NCBI GenBank assembly: GCA_041483895.1
Contig: JBGPGO010000004.1
Location: 96,001 to 160,000, forward strand
Direction: 5' to 3'
Source: Fimbriimonadia bacterium
Lineage (GTDB): Bacteria; Armatimonadota; Fimbriimonadia; Fimbriimonadales; JABRVX01
DNA: 64,000 nt
The notes beneath the pieces were generated by a model that saw nothing but the letters and a program-made list of their open reading frames with translations, searched no databases and had not been told where the DNA came from. Position 1 is the stretch's first letter; each line of letters begins with the position of its first letter. Positions 21,821 through 30,711 of the stretch are shown here, piece by piece. The translations under genes were made by a program, and so were the position numbers.

Positions 21821-23785
21821 CTACTGCGGCAGCTCGTCTGCAAAGATGACGTCCTCACTGCCCTTCTTGGGGCCGGAGGTCTTGGTTGTGCCGTCCTTCA
21901 TGCGCCAGCTGATTTCATAGGTGTAGTCGTTGTCGCCCGGCGAGTGGATGTATTCGATCGCCGTGCTGGGGGGAGCATCCTGCGCCACGCGAATCGTCGC
22001 CTGCAGGTTCTGAACGGTATCGTTCAGCTTTGCCGTGAACTTGATGGTCGCAAGCCGCACGCCAAGCTCTGTCAACCGGCTCGGGTCGGCCTCGATCGAT
22101 ATCGATCGGCGGGAATAGGTCGGCGTGACGCTGAGAGCGACGTTTGTCGTCGGCTTCCAGCCCTCTTCCACAGTTTTGCCGCCGAAGAAACTCCAGACGG
22201 TGTTGTACTCATACTCCAGCCATTTGCTGCGGTCCGTATCGCCTTTCCAGCCATATGGGGTAAAGCGGAACAACCCGCCGCTGGTGCTGAAGTTTGTGCG
22301 GTCAATCCGGATCTCGTCCTGCGTCATGCTTCGATCGCCGTGCTTCTTTCGCATTTGGACCGTCACAAAATTGACGTACTTGGAGAAATCCGCCGAGTTC
22401 TGCCCGTCCAACATCACGACGACTTCCCTCTGCTTGTACAGGTCGTCATCGAGGTTGACGGATCGGAACACCATCGGATCTTTGACCCATTTCGTGAGAT
22501 TGCCGATGTTTTCCGAGAAGGTCGGATTCAGCTTATCCAATGTGGATCGGCTGAGTTGGATATTGATCGTGCCGCTGTTGTGCACCTTCTTCATCTCGTA
22601 GCTGGCGAGCAGAGAGAATGCGGGTGGCGACGAGTACGATGGCTTGGGCGGCGGCTGGCTTGCCGCGGCGGCCTGCTGCGGAGCGGGATCTTTCTTGGTT
22701 TCCACCGCGGCCTGCGCGCCAATCGTAGCATCGCCGGCCGGATGCGCTCCTGCCGCCGCCGGCGCGGGCGTAACAGCCGGCGTCGTTTCCGCTCGCCGCG
22801 CTGCCTCGCGCGCTTTTACCGCGTCGTATTGGCGGTCGATCTCTTGGTTTTCGGTACGGGTTTCCTGCTGCTGCGTCTGCATGTATTTAAGCGCCTTGTC
22901 CAACATGCCTCCGCTGGCATCGGGAGAGCCAAGCGCAAGTCCACCTCCGCCGGCGTCCTGCCGGTCGAACATGGCTTCCATGATCTTCGCTTCCGCAGAG
23001 TTCACGACGCCATCCAGCTTCTCATCCGTACCCTTGATGGTCACTTTGAGGGTGTCGGTGCGGACCATTTCGTCCAGCACATCCTTTATTTCCGCCCCGC
23101 CGAATTTTGTGGCGATGCCGGCGGCAAATGCGCGGTGCTTGTATACGCTGTCCCACTGACCTGTAACGGTCGCCTCATATCCATTGCGATAGCCCGCAAT
23201 CTCCATCTCAAACGTGAACGAGACATCGGGGGTCGAGGTCTGGAACGAATTCCAAAGCAGGGTCGCTCCCATCTTTGTGAGCTGCATAGAAACAGCTGCT
23301 TTGTCGCCTTCCAGAATCGGCGCGTTGCCAAGTCCCAATACGCGCGTGGTCAGCTCCCCATTCTCTTGCTTGAACGAAGAGACCAGGCCAAACTTACCGG
23401 AACGATAAATGATCGGGCCGGCAATGGTCGCACCGGGGACTATCTTGCTCAGCTCGCGCTTGGCCTCGTCCAGCATCTCCGGCGGAACGCTGAGGGCGAC
23501 GAGACAGTGAACGATGCCGCCGCCTTCCCCCTCTTTTGCCGCGTCCGTTCCCGCCGCCCCGGCGACGTTGCGAACATAGCGAAGGAAGCTGAATTTGGGC
23601 TTCCCGTCCGCGTCCACGGCGAGTCCGGCCTTGTTCGGCAGGTAGTAGTACACCTTCGGGTCCTTGAAGTCCTGGAACAGCTGCAACTGTCCAGCCCGGA
23701 CCGTTTTGTCCAGATTGATCTCTTGGGCGGTTGCGGCGACGATCGTCGCGATCACGGCCACAAACGCCAGTAAAAACCTTTTCAT
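21821..23785 (-). CDS. Secreted paralog F of YYLP-motif family (unknown function)
   Basis: Signal peptide; YYYLP..GKPKFSFLRY..GGGIVHCLV..GNAPILEGDKAA; AAGGAGG RBS. Confidence 0.85.
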   Translation of the reverse strand: MKRFLLAFVAVIATIVAATAQEINLDKTVRAGQLQLFQDFKDPKVYYYLPNKAGLAVDADGKPKFSFLRYVRNVAGAAGTDAAKEGEGGGIVHCLVALSVPPEMLDEAKRELSKIVPGATIAGPIIYRSGKFGLVSSFKQENGELTTRVLGLGNAPILEGDKAAVSMQLTKMGATLLWNSFQTSTPDVSFTFEMEIAGYRNGYEATVTGQWDSVYKHRAFAAGIATKFGGAEIKDVLDEMVRTDTLKVTIKGTDEKLDGVVNSAEAKIMEAMFDRQDAGGGGLALGSPDASGGMLDKALKYMQTQQQETRTENQEIDRQYDAVKAREAARRAETTPAVTPAPAAAGAHPAGDATIGAQAAVETKKDPAPQQAAAASQPPPKPSYSSPPAFSLLASYEMKKVHNSGTINIQLSRSTLDKLNPTFSENIGNLTKWVKDPMVFRSVNLDDDLYKQREVVVMLDGQNSADFSKYVNFVTVQMRKKHGDRSMTQDEIRIDRTNFSTSGGLFRFTPYGWKGDTDRSKWLEYEYNTVWSFFGGKTVEEGWKPTTNVALSVTPTYSRRSISIEADPSRLTELGVRLATIKFTAKLNDTVQNLQATIRVAQDAPPSTAIEYIHSPGDNDYTYEISWRMKDGTTKTSGPKKGSEDVIFADELPQ

Positions 23786-23869
23786 TTTGTTTCCTCCTTC
23801 CGTACTCGGCGGGCATTGGCGTGTCGGTTCATACAACGATATCGGCATTCGAACCCGTGGCCACAGCAC

Positions 23870-25849
23870 TTAATTGCCTCCAAGCGCGCCTCCCAATTTG
23901 TCCAGGACCTTCTCCAACAGGCCGCTGGCGAGATTCGCGGCGCGATCTTTGAACGCTTGCTCCGTCAACAGGTTTTCCGGAATCGCCGCGAAGATATAGC
24001 CGTCCGACTGATCCTTCACCCATGGACCCACCAATTTCCCAGCGGTCTTGTGGTTGAAAACCAACCGATAGGCGTACTTCGGCATGTCTCGATCCGTAAA
24101 CATCTTCTTATTGATGAGCGCGACAGCGCCGCCAACCGGAAGCTGGATCAGCTCCGAATCTTCCTTCCCGAACTGCGAAATGTGGACCTCGGCGGTAACG
24201 CGCGTGATGTCCTTAGCCTTCAGCGCATCCAGATCGCCTTCCAACTCGACGATGAGTGGCCGGACCGGCGGAGCGAGCGTGACGCCTTCCCACGAGCCTG
24301 TATTCCAGGACGGACTTTCCGGAAACACGTTGCCGCCCTTGAGGCTCCACTGGACCTGGTACTGATAGACCTCCGGGTTCTTGTCTTCGCCGCGCGCGTA
24401 CGTGACCATCGCCGCAACACCCTTATCCTTCAGATACTTGGCGTCGATCGTGCGATGATCCTCAAAGGGCCGGCCGCTGCTGCGGTTCTTCTTTATGTTT
24501 ATCGTGACGTAGTTGATAGTGTCCTCGAAGATCTCTTTCGCGTCGAGGTCGAGGATGAAGTTGATGTCCCGATGCGTGAAGAACGGGTCGTTGAGGTTGA
24601 CCGATGCGACACACTTTGGGTTATCCCGGACTCCGTTGTACCAAGACATCAAGTTGCCGGTCATCGGATAGGGATATGTCATCGGGATGGAATAGTTGAA
24701 ATTCCAGGACTTGTTCTCCGTGAAGGTGCTGCTCTTGGCCCGGTAAATGTTGGACTTAAAATGGTTCCCTTGCTGCGCTGGGCCATCGTCCGGCTTGGGT
24801 TGCTCCTTGGAGCTCTCCATCATCTGTTCCGGCGAAGCTTTGTCTTCTTGGAAGAATGAGTTCATGAATAGTTGCAAGACGGCATCCCGGATCTTGTCGA
24901 CGCGGGCGTCCTGCTCCAATTCGATGAATTTGATGTCCACAACTTTGTACTTTTGTAGGATCTCCGTTAGCTCACGGCGCTCCTTGTACGTCATGGTGTC
25001 TTCGCCGGATGTTTCCCAGAGGAAGCCGAGGAATCGTCCCGTGGTTTCGTGGGTACTCTCCCACTCCTTCTTAATCTTCTCTTTGCTCTGCTGGAAAGTG
25101 GTCGAGCTATAGGTGGCGGTGCCCTTTATTGCAGGGCTGACAACCTGATAGGCCAAGTTGAACGTGATCGAGCAGTCGGCGATGCTGCTGGTCTTGTCCA
25201 GCGTCGCGGCCATAAGCTGAGCGCCGTTTGAAGTCAATCTCGCCGCGGCGGCAACCTTCTGACCGGGGAGCAACGGAGCTTTGCCCGATGTGACCAAGCT
25301 CTTGGTCATCGTTTCATCTTTCAATGTGGCAGATGTGATGAGAAACGTACCGCTGTCGCCATCCGGTTTCATCTGCATTGCGCCGAGAAGCGTGTCGCCC
25401 GTTGCCGCCAGCTTTTGCTTCAGTTCATTTTCCTGTTGCACCGTCAGGCCATACTCCATCAGAAAATGCATCAACGCGCCCTGCACGCCGCCTTCCGATT
25501 CCCTTTTCTCCGACGTGAACTTCAGAAATAGGAACTCCGGTACGCCGTCGGGCCGTTGGGAAAGCCGCAGGTTGGTCGGCAAATAGTAAAACTGGTGTCC
25601 GCCGCCTCGGCCCGCCAACGTCATCAAGTACCTGTGCGTAAGCTTAGACCCGATTGGCGCGCCACTGGCCTTCGATTCGCTGTCCATGATCAGGTTGACC
25701 ACGGTGCCGTCATTCAGGGTGATGGTCTTGCGGCCTTCCGAAACCGGGTAGGCGAAGACCGACGCGGCCAACGCGCCCGTCAATCCAAGAATGGCGAGCC
25801 GCCGGAACCAACCGCTGCGCCGACGCCCCCAATGCTGTTTCGTATTCAT
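23870..25849 (-). CDS. Secreted paralog E of YYLP-motif family
   Basis: Signal peptide; FYYLP..DGVPEFLFLKF..GALMHFLM..GKAPLLPGQKVA. Confidence 0.85.
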   Translation of the reverse strand: MNTKQHWGRRRSGWFRRLAILGLTGALAASVFAYPVSEGRKTITLNDGTVVNLIMDSESKASGAPIGSKLTHRYLMTLAGRGGGHQFYYLPTNLRLSQRPDGVPEFLFLKFTSEKRESEGGVQGALMHFLMEYGLTVQQENELKQKLAATGDTLLGAMQMKPDGDSGTFLITSATLKDETMTKSLVTSGKAPLLPGQKVAAAARLTSNGAQLMAATLDKTSSIADCSITFNLAYQVVSPAIKGTATYSSTTFQQSKEKIKKEWESTHETTGRFLGFLWETSGEDTMTYKERRELTEILQKYKVVDIKFIELEQDARVDKIRDAVLQLFMNSFFQEDKASPEQMMESSKEQPKPDDGPAQQGNHFKSNIYRAKSSTFTENKSWNFNYSIPMTYPYPMTGNLMSWYNGVRDNPKCVASVNLNDPFFTHRDINFILDLDAKEIFEDTINYVTINIKKNRSSGRPFEDHRTIDAKYLKDKGVAAMVTYARGEDKNPEVYQYQVQWSLKGGNVFPESPSWNTGSWEGVTLAPPVRPLIVELEGDLDALKAKDITRVTAEVHISQFGKEDSELIQLPVGGAVALINKKMFTDRDMPKYAYRLVFNHKTAGKLVGPWVKDQSDGYIFAAIPENLLTEQAFKDRAANLASGLLEKVLDKLGGALGGN

Positions 25850-25851
25850 TA

Positions 25852-27645
25852 CTATCCTCCGTTTGGTTGGTTGGCTCCGGCGGGCACTTCGTCAAGAAGC
25901 ACGATGCCGGAGGAATCGTCTCGTGAAATCGTAATGTCTTTGCCGTCTTCGGTGTGCCAGGTGATATTGAGTCCGACCGTGAATTGGTTGATCGGCAGGG
26001 TGACATCGAGGGTTGTGTCGATCGGCTCGGTCCCGACTCGGCAGTTGACCTGCTTGGTTTTTGGGCTGCCAAAAAACGGATAGCTGACCCGGACGACCGC
26101 ATATACAATCTTCTTTTCCTTCAGTGCCTTTTGGTCGCCGAGAATTTGCACCGTTCGATGCTCGTAGGGCGGAAAAACGTTGATCATCGGCCCTTCCGTC
26201 GCGGTCCATGGCGTCTCGTAGGTTGCCCCGCCTTGAAAATTCCATCGGGTTCGGTATTCGTATTTCAGCCACAGGTCCCTGTCATCGTCACCGGAATACC
26301 CGTATTCGAATCCAAGATTTCCGGCAGCCGCATCTGTGACGGCCTCTGCGGCCCCGGCCTTGTCGATCACCTTTTCGCCCAGCGTCACGTTGCCGTCTTG
26401 ATGCGTCTTTCGCAAAGCGATCGTGACCGAGTTGACAAACTTGCCGAACTCCGGCAAAACCGTCCCATCAAGCGTCACATATACTTTTCGCTTCTGATAG
26501 ACCGGGTCGGCCATGATGTTGACGGCGCGAAAATACCGCGAGTCGTTGCCGTATTTGGAAAACAGCTCGCCGATGTTCGCCGTGAGGAGAGTATGCCGCT
26601 GAACCCCGGACTGATGGTTCAGCGAAATCGTGGTGTGGCCGCTGGTTTTAAGGTCCTTCATCTGATACGATCCGTACAAACTGAGGCCAAATCCTCCGCT
26701 GCCGCCGGACGCCCCGAGTCCGAGCGACGACATCAAGGTGTCAAGGAAATTTCCGCCCTCCGCCTTCGGCGCGGCCTGTTGAATGACGGGCTGAAAGAGC
26801 AGGTCGACGATCTTCGAGTAGGCGGTGTTCAGCATGCCGTCCATCGTGCCGTTTTCACCACGCGACGTCACTTTGATCGCCCCATTCTTCTTGAGATCTG
26901 CCACCGCGATGCCGACATCCGCGCCAAACCACAGCACCTTCGCGCCGGCGGAAAACTTCTCATCTTTTTGAACCTCGGACCAATTGACTTCGATCGTCGC
27001 ATCGTAGGGATCGGAGAGGCCGGAGAACTCCATGTCAAACGATATGGAGACGTCCGGCACGCGCATCTTAAAGGATTGCATAAGCAGCGACGCCTGGGTC
27101 TTGTCCAAATCGAACGAGAGCGCGACGCGGTCGCCCTCCAGAACCGGCGCGGCGCCGGTATCGAGTATATGCTTCACCACGGCGTCCGAATCCGGCTTGT
27201 CCGGGTTCTTGAGCAGCGAGGAAATGACCGCATATGTTCCGCGACTGAAGATGACCGGGCCGGTGAGCTTCAGGTCGTTGTCCTGCGTGATGTCTTGCAG
27301 CTCCGATTCGGCTTTCTTGACCGCCTTCGGATCGGTGTCGTAGAGAACCAGCATGTGGAGCACGCCGCCGCCATCGGCTTCCGTGATCGTGTTGGCGCTC
27401 GGGTCCGTCGCGGGCTTGTCCTTGCTGCCTTTTACATAGCGGATGAAGGAGAACTCCGGCTTGCCTTCCGCATCGGTTGCCAGGTGGGCTTTTTGCGGCA
27501 GATAGATCCATTCGTGCTGGCGATCGACGAGCGGGAAGCACCAGAGGCCGGCGGCCCGCTTGCCGCGATCCAGTTGGATGGACTGGCCGAACCCGATGCA
27601 CATCAGCCAGACGCAACATGCGAATGCAATCCAAAGGCGTTTCAC
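25852..27645 (-). CDS. Secreted paralog D of YYLP-motif family
   Basis: Signal peptide; WIYLP..GKPEFSFIRY..GGGVLHMLV..GAAPVLEGDRVA. Confidence 0.85.
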   Translation of the reverse strand: MKRLWIAFACCVWLMCIGFGQSIQLDRGKRAAGLWCFPLVDRQHEWIYLPQKAHLATDAEGKPEFSFIRYVKGSKDKPATDPSANTITEADGGGVLHMLVLYDTDPKAVKKAESELQDITQDNDLKLTGPVIFSRGTYAVISSLLKNPDKPDSDAVVKHILDTGAAPVLEGDRVALSFDLDKTQASLLMQSFKMRVPDVSISFDMEFSGLSDPYDATIEVNWSEVQKDEKFSAGAKVLWFGADVGIAVADLKKNGAIKVTSRGENGTMDGMLNTAYSKIVDLLFQPVIQQAAPKAEGGNFLDTLMSSLGLGASGGSGGFGLSLYGSYQMKDLKTSGHTTISLNHQSGVQRHTLLTANIGELFSKYGNDSRYFRAVNIMADPVYQKRKVYVTLDGTVLPEFGKFVNSVTIALRKTHQDGNVTLGEKVIDKAGAAEAVTDAAAGNLGFEYGYSGDDDRDLWLKYEYRTRWNFQGGATYETPWTATEGPMINVFPPYEHRTVQILGDQKALKEKKIVYAVVRVSYPFFGSPKTKQVNCRVGTEPIDTTLDVTLPINQFTVGLNITWHTEDGKDITISRDDSSGIVLLDEVPAGANQPNGG

Positions 27646-29447
27646 CTAGTGGCCCCCTCCCGGCACGACGACGGGAGCGTCCGGCGGGACGAGATTGAAG
27701 TAGGTCTGATCCAGGTCTACCCAATCGCTCTTGACCGACAAGCCGCTCTTGTAGAACCAGGTCGTCCGGTACTGCGTCTTTGCCCCTGTCCGGTCGCGAT
27801 ACAAGGATGCCTTTGTCGTTGATTCCGTGTCGCCTGGCGAAGTGTGGCTCTGCGGGCAGTCTGCGACTTGCCCACCAACGGGTACTTGAATTCCACTACG
27901 CAGGTCTGCGCGCTCTTGTCCTTAAAATTCTGCCGATCCGCATCTATTTCTATCTGCACTTTTTCAAAAGGTGGAACCAGCGACACGGCCGGGTCCTGGG
28001 TTGAGGTCCAAGCCTCGCCGGCGGGCACTTTGATCGAGGGCCGATCATGAATGCTCCAGACGACCTGATACTCATAATCCATCATATCCTTCCCCGATTC
28101 GGCAAGGCGCGGATAGGTGATGCCCTGCACGGTCGTTCCCTTTTTCACCGTGTCCGGATCGAAACGAATGGCAGCCGTAACGTCTGACTGCCCCGACTTA
28201 TATTTCTTTCGCAAATTCACCGCGACGAAGTTGATCGTGTCCGCAAAAGAATCCACAAAGTCGCCGTCCACTTGAAAATGGATCGTCCTCGTTTGGAACG
28301 CCGGATCGTCCATATTCACGATGCGGAAATAGCGCGGGTCGTCCTTGAGCGCATCATACAGGCCATGGATATTTCCGGCGGTGCTGACCGGCACCTTCAC
28401 CGTCCCGTTCTTGCTCAGATTGATCGTAAACAGATTGTGCTTGATGTCCTTGCGATCTTTAATGACCCACTGGTCGTCGGTGTAGTACTTGGTGTCGTCG
28501 GTGCCGCCGAAAGTCCGCGAGAGCCAAGACCGCTCCTTCCTGCCTAAGAGCTGCCCCTGCTCGACTGCGGCTTCCCTTTCCGGATCGGCCGCGAAGCCGG
28601 TCTTGGTGTCGAACATCAGTTCCGTCAGCTTGGACGTGATCAAATCGAGCAGCTTGGCCATATCGTCGGTCTTAATTCCGAGGCCGGCGCCGCGATCCAG
28701 CGATTCAACTTTGAGGTCCCCCGTCCGTTGAAGATCGTCGGTAATCTGCCGAATCTGGCGCTTGGTGTAATCATGCTGGCTGTTGTAAATCGATGAGAAA
28801 TGCTTATAGACGGTGGAAACATCACAGGTCACACGCGCGTTGAAAGCTGTCACGACGGCCTCGTAGTACGCGTTGATCGAGATGGAAACGTCGGAGGTCG
28901 GACCGGAAAGCGAGTTCCACAGCAGCGTCGCGCCGTTCGGATTCAGGATGGCGGCGACGGCGGCCTTCGAACCCGGAGTGAGCGGGGCGGAGCCGGAAGT
29001 GATGACGGTCCGGGTCATCCCGCCCGGGGCCTTGTCGTTGAGCACCGCCGATACAACTTCAAACGATCCCGGCTGGTCTTCGGCCTCCTTCTTGGCCGGC
29101 AAAAGTGCCACGGGGCCGACGATACGGGCGCCCTGATGTTTCTTCTGCAGCTCTTTCTCCAGCAGTAGAACCGTTTCCGGCGGAAGAGTGAATTCGACGA
29201 GGCAATGGAACAGGCCCCCGGATGCCTGGCCCTTCGGATCGACATACTTGAGGCAGAGGAATTCCAATGTGCCGTCCTCATTTGTGGCCAGCCTCGGGTA
29301 TTTCGGCAGGTAGTAGAAGGCGCTGTCGTCCTGATAGTCCTGCAGCAGTTGCACACCCATGATCTCGTACCGGCCGCTGTCGAACTTCACCTGCCCAAAG
29401 GCGATGCTGCCAAAAATCAGGCCGGCGGCTATCAACATCCGTCGCAT
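27646..29447 (-). CDS. Secreted paralog C of YYLP-motif family; one-base frameshift near 27836 (error or pseudogene)
   Basis: FYYLP..GGLFHCLV..GSAPLTPGSKAA; shifted frame continues GDTESTTK...QYRTTWFYKSG...PGGGH to TAG abutting next GTG. Confidence 0.8.
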
Positions 29448-30599
29448 TTAGTCTCCTCCTCCTTCGTCGTCCGCGGGTTTCGGCTTGGCCGGCGGCGGGC
29501 TGGTAATATCCAGCAGCTTGGCCCAACCCGGTCCCTCTTTCCAATCGCCCACCTGGCGGTCCCCTTCGACTGTGACCGAAATGATTCGGTAAGAAAACGG
29601 CTTATCCATCCGCACGGCGAACGGGAACTTTAGGCTTGCCGAGGCGATATCCGGCGTGGCGGCTTTGAACGTCACGGTGCGGGTGACGGGCGTTCCCCCA
29701 ACCCCCATCGCTTTAATCTCCACAGTCTTGAGGGCCAGCGTCGGGGTCAGCGAATTGTTGAAATCGTAGCACCGGATATCGAGCGCCGGATATCCTGGCG
29801 GCACGGACTGATTGAGATCGATCCGCTTGAATCGGTCCGGCCACTTGTCGGCATCCGCCCGGACTGTGACGACGTTCGCCAGGATCGGCACAACCTTCTT
29901 CTCCCCTTCGGCCTTAAGCATCTCCTGAAGCTCTTTTGGAATCGCTTCCGGATTGCCCTTTGCAACCGAGTACCCCTCCGTATCGCCTTCCGCAAAGTAC
30001 ACGTACGAGACGGAGATCAGAACCTGCCCCTTATGAAACGCTTCCCATAACGCTTGGGACGAATAGGGGTCCGGATTGACGGTGTAGATGCGCTCGGACC
30101 AAAGGGCCGTGTCGTATGTCGGCGTCGCCGTCGCCGCATCCGACTCTTCCAGCCGTCCGTCCCTCACCTCTGTCGCCTTGTCCGCCACCGGAGCGTCGTC
30201 AACGATGGGCGTGTAAACGAGCCGCGTTTCCATGTGTTTGATGGGCAGGGGCAGCAGCCTCGCGCCAACGCCAAGAGCCGCCTTTGCGTTCTTGAGCGCA
30301 TCGCTGTTCACCTTGTCCATGACGATCTTAAACGAAAGCACCGAGCGGGCAACGAAATCTCCCGGATCGCCCGTGACTTCCGAACCGGTGTATATGATTT
30401 GCAGGAATCTGAGATCGGGCCCGCCGGACGGATCGGTCGCGATTTGAATCTCGCCCGGCGCGTAATAAAACAGCCGCGTATCCTTGGTGTCCAGGTACAC
30501 GGTCATGCCCGCGGCGACTCGCGTTTTGCCGAGCGCGGGCTCGCCATGCGCCGCCATCGTGACCAGACCGATTGTCATTGCGACGAAAATTGTCCTCAT
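29448..30599 (-). CDS. Secreted short paralog B of YYLP-motif family
   Basis: Signal peptide; LFYYAP..SGGPDLRFLQ; SQALWEAF; C-terminal FSYRI. Confidence 0.8.
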   Translation of the reverse strand: MRTIFVAMTIGLVTMAAHGEPALGKTRVAAGMTVYLDTKDTRLFYYAPGEIQIATDPSGGPDLRFLQIIYTGSEVTGDPGDFVARSVLSFKIVMDKVNSDALKNAKAALGVGARLLPLPIKHMETRLVYTPIVDDAPVADKATEVRDGRLEESDAATATPTYDTALWSERIYTVNPDPYSSQALWEAFHKGQVLISVSYVYFAEGDTEGYSVAKGNPEAIPKELQEMLKAEGEKKVVPILANVVTVRADADKWPDRFKRIDLNQSVPPGYPALDIRCYDFNNSLTPTLALKTVEIKAMGVGGTPVTRTVTFKAATPDIASASLKFPFAVRMDKPFSYRIISVTVEGDRQVGDWKEGPGWAKLLDITSPPPAKPKPADDEGGGD

Positions 30600-30711
30600 T
30601 CTTCCCACATTCCTCTGGTCCCCTACCAACCATGCGAGGGTCGGCCGGGGGTCGCGTGCATCAAACCCCGTCAATGCGCAGGCTTAAGCCTGCGGCTACC
30701 GTTTACCGGCG

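Noticed and set aside
25750..25849. Tat signal in paralog E (GRRRS, FRRL)
   Set aside because: Does not fit S/T-R-R-x-F-L, and the sibling proteins have ordinary Sec-type signals.
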